Origin: Andalucia godoyi And28
Taxonomy: Eukaryota; Protista; Jakobida
Assembly: GCA_009859145.1 (NCBI GenBank)
Contig: VRVR01000025.1
Location: 199,491 to 263,490, forward strand
Length of the DNA: 64,000 nucleotides
Direction: 5' to 3'
Below, piece after piece: positions 54,214 to 64,000 of the stretch; position 1 is the stretch's first letter, and every line of letters starts with the position of its first letter. The notes below the pieces were generated by a model that worked only from the letters and a program-made list of their open reading frames with translations, searched no databases and was not told the origin of the DNA. The translations under genes were made by a program, and so were the position numbers.

Positions 54214-54786
54214 ATGGGAGGCTGCGGATCCAAGAGCATGACTGCGGGCTCGGATCCGGTAGACAGGCTGTTGACTGATCTTGCATGTGAGACGCGGTTT
54301 ACGAAAGCAGAGCTTCACGGGCTTCAGGCTGCGTTTGTGGAGCTTGCGCCAACGCAGCGGATGACGAGCCGCGAGTTTGAGAAGTACCTTGTGTCGGCGG
54401 GGCAAAACGAGTTTTTAGCAAGTGTTGCGTTTCAGGCATTTGATCGGAACTCAGATGGAGAAATTGAATTTTTCGAGTTTGTGCATGCGTTGAGTGCCAT
54501 GACGCGCGGCACTCGTGATGAAAAGCTCGATTTTGCGTTTAATCTGTATGACATTGACGGCGATGGACATGTGTCCAAGGACGAGTTGCTGAAGATCATT
54601 GGCGGGCTGTACCAGTCAGAAGGCGGATTTTCAAAGGACGACAACTTCCTCGAGACCGTCGAGCAGCTCGTCGAGAAGATCTTGCGAGAACAAGATCATG
54701 ATTTTGACGATGCGCTCACAAAGGACGAGTTTCTCGCTGCCATCATGGACGACCCAACCATCGTTCAAATCCTCGGGCTCATGTAG
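54214..54786 (+). CDS. Myristoylated EF-hand calcium sensor, NCS-1/frequenin or calcineurin B-like
   Basis: MGGCGSKS, TRFTKAEL, EF-hands FDRNSDGEIEFFEF and YDIDGDGHVSKDEL, GTRDEKLDFAF. Confidence 0.88.
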   Translation: MGGCGSKSMTAGSDPVDRLLTDLACETRFTKAELHGLQAAFVELAPTQRMTSREFEKYLVSAGQNEFLASVAFQAFDRNSDGEIEFFEFVHALSAMTRGTRDEKLDFAFNLYDIDGDGHVSKDELLKIIGGLYQSEGGFSKDDNFLETVEQLVEKILREQDHDFDDALTKDEFLAAIMDDPTIVQILGLM

Positions 54787-54908
54787 CCACCACCGGCTTC
54801 ACGACATGCTCCAGTTGTATAGTTACCAAACACAAGAAAACTCGCCCCATTTTCGCCACACCTCATAAAGCCTCTAGAATTCATTTATTGTAGCGACAAT
54901 ATGTTCAT

Positions 54909-56111
54909 TCAAGCACGTCGACGCAAGGTTGAATACAGCAGCAGCAGCGCGATTCCAACTAGTCCACCGGCGGCAGCCATCACCATTCCGCTTGTCGTCG
55001 CCGCAGCACTCGCCGACTGCGACCCCGACTCCTTTTGTACTTCCATTGCTTGCTGCTGTTCACGTTCCGGTTGCCCCTGCCCAGATTGCTGTGTGGATTC
55101 TGAGACGCTCTGACTTTCTGCATGCGTGTCGGACACGGACACGGACACGGGCACAGGTTCGGCCACAAAGGCAGGTTCGGGTGTGGACACGGCCTTCGCG
55201 ACAACCGCTGCATAGGACAGAGGATGTGACTCTGCAGAGTGGCTGACAAGAACCGCGGACGACGACGACGCCAGCGAGTCTGCATCCGACTGCTCGACCA
55301 GCTCAAAGTCTCGATCATCCACATTCCTATTCTCCGCCTCCCCCTCTGCTTCTCCTGCAGCCTGGCGCTGCTGTACTTGCAAAGGCCGCAGCAACTGCCG
55401 CTCACACCCATCATCATCGCCCACCACATCGTCGTCCACCACATCATCCCCTAGCATTGCAGCTGCATGCGACGACGAAGACAGCGAAGAAGACGAAGGC
55501 GGAGTATTGTCCACAGACGTTGTTGATTCCGCAGACTCAGTCTCATCAATCCCCACCACCACCACTGCTGATGCTGATGCTGCTTCCTCCTGGTCCTCCT
55601 TGTTGTTGTTTGGAGCGTCCTTGGGTGGTCTGCGACGGCTGGTTCGGCTCCTGGACGGCTTCTTGGACGCAACCGGATCTGCGGCTGCATCGGTCCGCGC
55701 ATCACCATCTCTGGTAGAGTTGACGGTGTGGGCAGCGAACTCGCTCTTCTGTGGCGGTAGTCCATCATCGCCCGATGTGGGCGACGCCGGCTTAGAATGG
55801 TGCTTGCGGCGGTTGCGACGAGGTCTCTTTTCGCTGCCAGGATTGATGCTGGACGCAAGTTGGTTTTCCTGAGACTGCGACATGTGTGATGTGTCATCGT
55901 CCTTCTTCACAACGTACACATAGCCGCCCTTGAGCTGGCTCGACGACGATCCAGACGCTGCGTCCGACGACGACACCGAATTCGAGGACCCATGTAATTT
56001 AGGGTTAGTGTTAGGGTTAGGATGGTTAGGGTTCTTTCTCCGACGGGAATGACGCCCCTTGGATTGCGACGCCTCTGAAGACGCCAAATCCACAGTACTC
56101 GAGTCCTGCAT
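54909..56111 (-). CDS. Disordered tail-anchored membrane protein
   Basis: About 400-aa low-complexity ORF ending GMVMAAAGGLVGIALLLLYSTLRRRA. First ATG (MQDSS) is at 56111. Confidence 0.65.
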   Translation of the reverse strand: MQDSSTVDLASSEASQSKGRHSRRRKNPNHPNPNTNPKLHGSSNSVSSSDAASGSSSSQLKGGYVYVVKKDDDTSHMSQSQENQLASSINPGSEKRPRRNRRKHHSKPASPTSGDDGLPPQKSEFAAHTVNSTRDGDARTDAAADPVASKKPSRSRTSRRRPPKDAPNNNKEDQEEAASASAVVVVGIDETESAESTTSVDNTPPSSSSLSSSSHAAAMLGDDVVDDDVVGDDDGCERQLLRPLQVQQRQAAGEAEGEAENRNVDDRDFELVEQSDADSLASSSSAVLVSHSAESHPLSYAAVVAKAVSTPEPAFVAEPVPVSVSVSDTHAESQSVSESTQQSGQGQPEREQQQAMEVQKESGSQSASAAATTSGMVMAAAGGLVGIALLLLYSTLRRRA

Positions 56112-56308
56112 TGGTCCGGCCCGCTCCAATCAACGAAATATACACCACGCAAAACTGCTGCACAGAAGGCAATAACCGAAATCAAAATAAAACCAAACAA
56201 TGCAAAGAAGACGGTAACGAAACAAAGTCAACAGGCTTGTGTTGGACAGAATACAAAAAAAAAAGGTAGGGTTCGAGCGTGGGGCAAAAAAGAAAAAAAA
56301 GAATTCAC

Positions 56309-56390
56309 TGACGCCTGAGGGACTCGAACCCTCGCCTCCGAAGAGAGCAGATCCTTAGTCTACCGCCATAACCAACTCGGCCAAAGCGCC
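56309..56390 (-). tRNA. tRNA-Leu(AAG)
   Basis: GGCGCTT/AGGCGTC acceptor stem, A box TGGCCGAGTTGG, anticodon arm GTAGA-CTAAGGA-TCTGC, long variable arm, B box GGTTCGAGTCC, downstream poly-T terminator. Confidence 0.95.
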
Positions 56391-56526
56391 CGATATGATG
56401 TGCATTCCTCGGGCCTGTCTTCTTGAAGCATCATTTGCATTGTTTCCACTGGTTTGGTGTTTTCTTACAGCGGGTGTCCAGCAGCGGAATTGCTGCTACT
56501 TTTTAAATATTAAAAAATTAGTTTTA

Positions 56527-57052
56527 TTACCGGAAATGTGCGTTGCGTGCAGCAACCGGCGTTCGCGATCCAAACGAAGATGGAGAAACCGTAAACGAAA
56601 CGCCCTCTCCCCTATCCTCTTCTTCTTCATCATCACCAAAGTCCTTTGTTTCGCCATTGTGTTGTCCTTCGTCTGTCAAGAATGTGTCTTCAATCTCTCC
56701 CCTATCCTCATCCTCGTCCACGTTCTCGTCCTCGTCTTCGCTCTTCTGCTCTTGATTGTGGTGGTGAGAATAAGGGTGGCTTGACTGGCTGCTTGCACGA
56801 GTTGCTGCTGAACACGCCGTTCGTTTCAACTCGGCGGCAAACATCTCGACGTCGGCTGTTGCGTCTAGTTTGGAAGCGGAATGAGATCGCATAATGTGCA
56901 TCTGGTCTGCAAACCGCCGAAACTCTCCCGTCGACTCTCGTGCCCGTGCCAGAATCTCCTCAGACCGCCGCTTTACTTCTGCAAGACTTGACTCGAATCG
57001 ATGCATCGAAAACAGCGCGTCGTCCTCATCACTCCTAATCTTCCTCTGCTGT

Positions 57053-57084
<32 letters not shown>

Positions 57085-58032
57085 TTGCTTCTCGTCCCTT
57101 GGCGGAATTGCGACTGCCGAAGCTGTTTCTGGGGCTGCCAAGCCAAAACCTGTGAGAGAAGATGGTCTTACAGGAAGCAGTCCGCGCTCAACCAGCGAGC
57201 GTTGCTTTTCCTGCAGCTGCTTTTCAATCTTTGCAAGCTCCAGTTCTTCTTCGCTCATTCCTGTCTCTTCCATCTCGCTCTGATCCTCCTTCTCGTGGTT
57301 GTGTGCTTCTGAGGACGCACTCGCCACTCGAATTGGAGAAGAAGCAACGGAAGCAACGGGAGCAACCGTGTTCACCATCGTCTGCGTTTCCTCGTTCTTC
57401 TTTTGCGTCTCACCAACGGGACTGAGAGACGCCGAGAGATTTTGATCATGAAGAAGAAGAAGACGGAGAAGATGAGGCTTGTGCTGCTTGATATATTCGA
57501 GCAGCAACTCGTCGTCCGTCTGAGCAGCAGCTTCGCAAACCGTCTGCGTTCCCATCGAAACTCTCTCCACCCGTTTCTTCCCATCACCCGCATTATCTAT
57601 ATCTCCATCTCCATGTGCATGCAGTACGACTTCGCTTGTTCTTCTACAGCTCGTCTCCTTACCGACGACCACTGGCTTTCCGCTCCCGACCGATGCATTC
57701 CTCCGAGCAAGTGGTTTTCGATTCCTCGCAGCGGCAGCGGCGGACGACGACGACGACGACGAGGATAATGAAGTTACTGATGTCACAGACGATGTCGATC
57801 GAGCGGATGCAGGCGCCGCTGCCTTTGAATAGACAAGCACAGGATGGACGGACGACGGCCTCGCAAGCCCCAAATTCGCATGATGCATGTTCGCGTTCAC
57901 GCTAGAGTGTGCGTGTGAGTGCAGAGAGAGAAACGAAAGCGGAGTGAGAATCGATGGATGCGAAAGAGGAATCGCCATAGCGCGGTCGTTCGCATTCTCG
58001 TCATTCGTTTCAACATGACTTATTCGGATCAT
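56527..58032 (-). CDS. Hypothetical low-complexity coiled-coil protein
   Basis: 501-aa ORF with Ser and Gln runs and helical segments; no family recognised and start codon uncertain. Confidence 0.55.
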
Positions 58033-58539
58033 TCTCGTCAGGGTATTTGTTTCGTCTATTTGTGTCCAGCACCCTTCACTATCCCTATTATTATTATTAT
58101 TATTATTCTTCTTCTCCTCCTCCTTTTTTCAAAGAACTGCAAATGCAATCAAAACACATAAAAGTTGGAAAAGGAAAAGGAGAAAGGGGAAAGGAGAAAG
58201 GAAAAGGGCGGAAAAGAAAAAAAACGAAAAATAAAAAAAAAATAGGCAATAAAAAGACGAGCAAACGATTGCGGAAGCCTTTTTTTAAATATAACAAACG
58301 ATAAATTTAACGATCTCATTGGGCAGTGTCGAGATATGTCGACTCCATCAAGTTTGTGTTGTCTCTTTTTCTCTGGTTTGCCGATTTTCAGTTTTCTTTC
58401 CCAATGAATGGTCGCAAGTAGTGATCGCAGTAGCAGCGGCAATCATTGTAATAGCAGAGAACAATCATTCTCAGAGAAGGAGGAAAAAGTAAATAAATAA
58501 GAGGATTCCTTTTTGCCAGTCGCAAAAAACCTGCATAAA

Positions 58540-58596
58540 ATGTGGGTTCTGCATCGTGTTCGCCCGTTCCGCGTCGCCCGTAGTTGCGTCCTCCCC
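58540..58596 (+). CDS. Candidate upstream exon 1 of leucyl aminopeptidase (MWVLHRVRPFRVARSCVLP)
   Basis: ATG in an AAAATG context, 19 codons, then GTACGT at 58597; in frame with the LAP ORF if spliced to AAG at 58673. Confidence 0.45.
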
Positions 58597-58799
58597 GTAC
58601 GTTCGTTTTTTTTTTGCTTGCTTCTCTTTTTATGTAGCCTCACTTGATTCTCTAAACTTTAACCCTTCCAAAGAAACCCATCTTCTCGTCCAGCCTGTCC
58701 TTCTTCTCCCTGGCTTCGTCTTCTTCACTCGTTTCCTCTTCATTCGCTTCGATTTCATCATCAGCATCAAGTCCAAGACCAAGTGCATTACCGAACATC

Positions 58800-58864
58800 A
58801 TGAACTCTGCACCGACCCCGTCGTACTCGCCGACACTGTACTACACCCCGATGACGGTCTCCGT

Positions 58865-58895
<31 letters not shown>

Positions 58896-60368
58896 TCGTT
58901 GTGGATCCAACTTGTCTCAAGTGAGGCTGCGTCAACGGTTGTGCTGCCTGCGGGCGCAACGACTCCGGACGATTTTGCGGGAAACGCTGGCGATTCTCTC
59001 CTTGCGTTTTCCACGTCGTCGACTTCGGCTGCCCGTCGAACGCTGTATGTGGGAACGGGTCCTGCGGCGTCTCTGTCGCTCAAGACTCTGCGGTCTGCGG
59101 TCCACACGGCAATCTCGCGTGCAAAGGAGCTCCGAGCCGCGTCTGTGGATCTCTCACTCTCGCTTGCTCTCTCATCCGCATCCGCATCCAATGCGAGTGT
59201 GAGTTTGAGTGATGCAGCAGCAACGGCAGCAACGGTGGCGATGCTGTCCGACTATGCATTTGACCGGCACATTTCGGATGTGAAGCGGCGCTTCCACATT
59301 TCTTCGCTGGTGATTCATGTGAGTGCGAGCGAGGAAGAGGCGGCGGTGAGCCAGGCGGTGAAGAAGGCCGTGACGGTTGCTCAGGGGACGATCATGGCAC
59401 GCAATTTGGCGAACGAGAGGGCGGATGTGGCAACCCCGCAGTTTTTCGAAGAGGCTGCACGGCACACGGTGGAAGAGTTTCCTTCGTTGCTGAGTGTGTC
59501 GGTGCTGGATGCGCCGCAGCTTCTGGCCTCTGGACTGCATCTGCTGCATTCGGTTGGCCGGGCAGCGGTGGTTGCCCCGCGGCTTGTTCTCGTGTCGTAT
59601 CGCAATGCCCCGACGGCATCGGATAAGACACTTGCGCTGGTTGGAAAGGGAGTGACCTTTGATACGGGCGGCCTGAATCTGAAGACACAGGGCGGGATTG
59701 AGTTGATGTACATGGACTGCCATGGAGCTGCGACGGTTCTGGCGACGGTTCGGACAATTGCTGCGCTTGGACTGCGTGTGAATGTGGTTGGAGTGCTGGC
59801 ACTTGCCGAGAATGCAATCTCTGGGAACGCGTACAAGCCGTTTGAGATTCTGCGCAGCCACCGTGGACTGAGTGTTCGCATCGACAATACGGATGCAGAA
59901 GGAAGATTGTGTCTGGCAGATGCAATGTCGTACGTCCAATCGACGGACAAGTCTGTGGACCAGATTGTGGACGTGGCGACCCTCACCGGTGCGTGTGCCG
60001 TTGCGCTCGGCGAGTACTGCGGAGGTATGTTTGCAAACGACGATGCAACGGCTGCCGCGCTCTCAGATATCGGCGTGCGAGTCGATGAGCGTGTGTGGAG
60101 AATGCCGATTCTCGACGAGCATGTCGACGAAATCAAGGGAAAGGAGTGCGACCTGCACTCGATGGGCAAGGGTCGCTACGGCGGTGCGTGCACTGCCGCC
60201 GCCTTCTTGTCGCAGTTCGTCTACGACGGCGTCAAGTGGTGCCATCTCGATATCGCAGGTGCGGGAATGGCTTCTGCGCCGCGAGGATATGTCTGTGCAA
60301 ATGGAACGGGCTTTGGCGTCAGTCTCCTCACTGAGTACGTTTCCAAGCACCGCTCCAGCACCGCCTAA
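58800..60368 (+). CDS. M17 leucyl aminopeptidase
   Basis: Metal and catalytic residues intact: LVGKGVTFDTGGLNLK, MDCHGAA, NTDAEGRL, ATLTGA, W.HLDIAG. Confidence 0.96.
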
Positions 60369-60482
60369 GCACCGCCTAGGCCTTCTCTTTGCGAAACAGG
60401 ACTTCGTTGCGGTTGTGATAATGATAATAATACAAAGAAAACAAGGAAAAGAAGAAAAGAAGAGGCAAAAAAACGATTTTAC

Positions 60483-61142
60483 TTAGTCAACGATATTGTT
60501 GTAGCGATAGGGAAGGAAGTTGCCCGAGCTTGAAAACGGATACGCAACGATGGACTCGAATGCATAGTGCGGTCCTGAGGTATGGCAACCCGGCTCTTGG
60601 AAACAATGATATGCCGACTTGTCTGCATTGGCCCATTTGACAAACAGCACGACATGGTCGCCAACGTTGAGCATGACGTCGCCCGCCTGCAGCTCGTCCT
60701 TTTCGATTCGATGCGCGACATCCGGGAGCGTCTTTGTGTCGTAACCATACGGCAACGCCCACGTGTACGACACATACCCTGAGCAGTCGCAGCGATACGA
60801 CGAGCAGTACGGGCAGTCGCCACAGCACTCTTCAGGACCGTTGCACTGACAGTACGGAATCTTCTTGTCGGCCCATTCCTGCGCCCGCTGGATTACCTCG
60901 GCTCGCGAAATCGACCGAAGCCTTGCGCTTCCATTCGCTCCCGCAGCCGACATTGCAAGACTCTTGTTGAACCGCGCATTCTTCAGTCCCCATCCCCACT
61001 CGCTGTCCATCGTTTCGCCTGCTGTACAGCTCTGACTATGACTGGCAGCTGCTTCCGATCCACCGCCGCGCGAGCAGCCCAAACCCACGCTCACCAAGCT
61101 CACAAGCATCAGCGCGACCGCAACTCCACACACTCCTCTCAT
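60483..61142 (-). CDS. Secreted NlpC/P60-family cysteine hydrolase
   Basis: Signal peptide, ISRAEVIQRAQEW, catalytic DCSGYVS, ELQAGDVML and GDHVVLF. Confidence 0.85.
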   Translation of the reverse strand: MRGVCGVAVALMLVSLVSVGLGCSRGGGSEAAASHSQSCTAGETMDSEWGWGLKNARFNKSLAMSAAGANGSARLRSISRAEVIQRAQEWADKKIPYCQCNGPEECCGDCPYCSSYRCDCSGYVSYTWALPYGYDTKTLPDVAHRIEKDELQAGDVMLNVGDHVVLFVKWANADKSAYHCFQEPGCHTSGPHYAFESIVAYPFSSSGNFLPYRYNNIVD

Positions 61143-61591
61143 GCTCGCTCTTTTCCCAACGCTTTATTCCCCACCCTCCTTCTTCTTCCTTCCTTTTCCT
61201 CTTTATACCATAAATTTCGAGCAAGTAAGGTAAATTAATAAACAAAAGAAAATGAAAACCTGAAAATGAGCGAGCGAGCGGAGCAGCCATCGTCAAAGGA
61301 GAAGGAGAAAACCCGTGCTAGCCTCAACTGCGGAAGAAAAAGCAAGAATCAACTGCACTGCACTACAGTTCCACTACAGTACATTTTCCCAAAAGTGAAA
61401 ATGGATAAAGATTAGAAAAAGATTACTGATAAATAATTAATAATATGAGAGTAAAACGAAACGGAGCGTTGGGAACGTATTGGCGGAATCCGGGTGTTTT
61501 TTCTTTTGTGTTCTGTGACTGTAAAAACGTGGGAATAACGACGGACAGGGCGGTACGGGGGGGCGGACGGGCAGGGCAAGATACGACACAG

Positions 61592-62725
61592 ATGCTGGCC
61601 GGTGAGAATGACACGATGGATGAAGGGGCGGATGAGGGTGCGTGCGCGGTGGTGCTTGTGCGGGCGACGAAAGCATGTGTGTGTTGTCGGGAGATCAAGC
61701 GGTCGTGCGATGGAAAGTCTCCGTGTTCGCGGTGTGTCTCTCGAAGCATTGCTCATATGTGCTCGTATGTGCCGCGGCGCCGCAAAACAGCGCGACTGAC
61801 CGATGCCTTTACGGCGGTTCATTGGAGTGGGCCTGGGAAGCAGCGTCCTGCAGTGCTTGGTACTTCACGCCGGGATCGAGCAACGGTTGACACCGCGCTT
61901 TCACTCTCGTTCTCTCCCGCGGTCTCTCCCGCGCTCTCACACTCTGTTTCGGCATCTTCCCCGCCGCTCATCAGCACAACTCCTATTCTAAATGCTGCAG
62001 CTCCATCGACAGTCGCAAATGCTTCGGACGTTACGAGTGCGGGCGCATCCGGAAGTGCATCTGCAGGCGGGGGTGCGGCGGTGCTTCCAGAGACGACAGC
62101 GTTTGTGATTGCGCAGCTGCTAAACTTGAAGAACGACTCACAGTTTCTGGCATCGCCGTTCTACAGATTTCTAGTGCGGCATGTGCAGTCGATGCAGTCT
62201 TCGGTGCTGCAGATGGTGATCTCGTACCAGCAGGTTCTCCACGATTTGCTGATGGACGACAGTTCGGCAATGCCGCCGCCAACGAGTCCCGGGGGCGACA
62301 TCCGGGATGTGGAGACGCTCTGTGATGCAGATGTGGTGGCGTCTCACAAGCTTTCCATGGCAAAACTGACTGTGGAAAACTTGCCGTTTCCCGCAATGCT
62401 CGTGACGCGGTCGGGCTTTCTGTACAGATTCAACGGACCTCTTTCGGAACTCTTGCCGTTTCCGCGGACCCAGCTCGAGTCAAGCCCGTTCGATGTCATT
62501 GACATGTTTGCAGCGACAGAAAACACGGATCTCATGGCAAAAAACATCCAGGCACTCATGAAGGCGAGGGAAAGCCCGCTTGTGCAGACAGTCTCGCTCC
62601 GGTGTTATCTCAGACGAAAGGATAACCTGCCTGTCGAATACACTTGCGGTGTGTCGTTTGTCAGACATACAAACTCGGGACGCGTGCTGTTCGTCATGCT
62701 GCAGTTCATTCCAATTCCTTCATAG
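61592..62725 (+). CDS. Zn(II)2Cys6 transcription factor with C-terminal PAS-like domain
   Basis: CVCCREIKRSCDGKSPCSRCVSRSIAHMC six-Cys cluster; C-terminal PFPAMLVTRSGFLYRFNGPLSELL...DVIDMF resembles PAS. Start is 61592 or slightly downstream. Confidence 0.82.
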   Translation: MLAGENDTMDEGADEGACAVVLVRATKACVCCREIKRSCDGKSPCSRCVSRSIAHMCSYVPRRRKTARLTDAFTAVHWSGPGKQRPAVLGTSRRDRATVDTALSLSFSPAVSPALSHSVSASSPPLISTTPILNAAAPSTVANASDVTSAGASGSASAGGGAAVLPETTAFVIAQLLNLKNDSQFLASPFYRFLVRHVQSMQSSVLQMVISYQQVLHDLLMDDSSAMPPPTSPGGDIRDVETLCDADVVASHKLSMAKLTVENLPFPAMLVTRSGFLYRFNGPLSELLPFPRTQLESSPFDVIDMFAATENTDLMAKNIQALMKARESPLVQTVSLRCYLRRKDNLPVEYTCGVSFVRHTNSGRVLFVMLQFIPIPS

Positions 62726-62966
62726 TCTTTCCTGCTCCACTCGTCCTTATCTCCTTTCGTTCTTGCGGGGGTCGCAGGGTGCATGCAACGGAAAATCCAC
62801 GGTTTTATTCGCTGTTTGACTTTCCGGATTTTCTTCGTCTTCTTCTTCATTCCCCCCTTTTAATTTAAAATTTCCACTTCATGCCCGCCCGCGTAAATAA
62901 CTATACTTTATGTAAGAGAGTGAGAGAGTGCGTGAATGAGTGAGTGTACTTGTCAAGTGGCGTGAA

Positions 62967-64000
62967 CTATACGACGTGGGAATCTTCCGAGTCGCCGTCA
63001 CCTGCACGGGTGTGCTCAGTCGATTCTGCTTGACGAAGGGCTTCGTACGAGTTGGCGGTCGATGCGCTGTTGACACCAGTCATCCAGAAGCCAGACAGGG
63101 CTCGCATCATGGCAAAAATGAAGATCACACTGTTCATGATGATGACATAGCTCAGCGAGTTTCCAATATCCGCCCAGGAACCGCGAGTCTTGACGAGGAA
63201 GAAAAACGCAACACAGCCTAAATCAATCAGAGCAAACGCAAGAGTAAACAGTGCATCGGAAATTGTGATGCTCATCTTGTCAAGCGCAGCAATGGCCGCG
63301 CTCAGCAACAGCGGCGGCACGGAAAGCTTAAAAACCAAGAGAAACGCCATGAAGAATGCATCGTACACAATCGTGAAACGGAAGAGAGAAGCAACTTGGA
63401 AAGAAGCGATGGACGCAAAATTGCCCGTTCCAAAGATTCCGAGAAACAAGAATGCAACCAAGAACACGCATGTTCGCACGTCATTCGACGAAATTCCAGT
63501 TCCTTTTGCTGCGATGGGCACACGGCCGCGTGCCTGTTGTTCCAGAACAATCCAAAAGTAGAGAAGCACTCCAAACACAACGGTGAAGAACACTTCATAG
63601 TTCACGGCAAACAGGATCATCAGACTCACCAATGATAGGAAAATGCTGAGCAGCCGATGATACACAGACCGGCCCTCAACAATCCACGAAAACGACGAAA
63701 AACAGCACATGCTCCATGCAATGCGCTGCTTGTACCGTTGCAAGAGAATGCCGGCTGCAAGGTCGCGTTCAATCGACATGATTATCCAAATGGAGACTAG
63801 AATGGCGGTAAACTGGACAGAAAGCCACTTGTAAGAAACAAAAATCGATCGAACGGACTGATCGCGAATCATGTACAAAAACATGGCACCAAAGACAAAC
63901 CCGACGATTCCGCCGGAATAAACCAGCGACATATCACGGCCGTGCTTGACGGACAGGAAAGTGAAGCATCCGCAGAGAAGGCATGCAAACGTCCATCCAT
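62967..64000 (-). CDS. PIGN: GPI ethanolamine-phosphate transferase 1 (PIG-N/Mcd4), C-terminal part; 5' end off the window
   Basis: Multi-TM ORF with FGTGNFASIASF...RF and KTRGSWADIGNSLSY. The frame stays open from 63932 to the window edge. Confidence 0.88.
   Translation of the reverse strand, partial: GWTFACLLCGCFTFLSVKHGRDMSLVYSGGIVGFVFGAMFLYMIRDQSVRSIFVSYKWLSVQFTAILVSIWIIMSIERDLAAGILLQRYKQRIAWSMCCFSSFSWIVEGRSVYHRLLSIFLSLVSLMILFAVNYEVFFTVVFGVLLYFWIVLEQQARGRVPIAAKGTGISSNDVRTCVFLVAFLFLGIFGTGNFASIASFQVASLFRFTIVYDAFFMAFLLVFKLSVPPLLLSAAIAALDKMSITISDALFTLAFALIDLGCVAFFFLVKTRGSWADIGNSLSYVIIMNSVIFIFAMMRALSGFWMTGVNSASTANSYEALRQAESTEHTRAGDGDSEDSHVV

Noticed and set aside
61070-61142. Relict bacterial lipobox in the NlpC/P60 signal peptide (GLGC)
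   Set aside because: The -3 residue is Gly, not L/V/I, so it does not meet the lipobox consensus.

Overview
Gene-dense, nearly intron-free nuclear DNA of a flagellated, probably phagotrophic protist using the standard genetic code. Evidence: BBS9, CYFIP, TBCD, a MICU-like protein and calmodulin ending MMSK. A jakobid/Discoba-like organism such as Andalucia is my inference, not something the sequence proves. The window holds about 29 protein-coding genes, including CYFIP and PIG-N cut by the window edges, plus one tRNA-Leu(AAG) and several microsatellites. No mobile element, rRNA or CRISPR array was seen. The most interesting observations are: (1) an orphan protein with DNMT1-type BAH and RFTS reader modules but no methyltransferase domain; (2) candidate introns confined to 5' leaders or first codons, including a hidden Arg-rich exon 1 of leucyl aminopeptidase with two alternative acceptors that could switch mitochondrial and cytosolic isoforms; (3) a receptor-like ectodomain-TM-RING E3 ligase; (4) a secreted bacterial-type NlpC/P60 hydrolase; (5) a disordered tail-anchored protein with an acidic LIR-like motif; (6) a fungal-type Zn2Cys6-PAS factor; and (7) an 11-unit TAG/CCAAT heptamer array starting on the PWP1 stop codon. 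All family calls come from motif recognition by eye; no database search was run.
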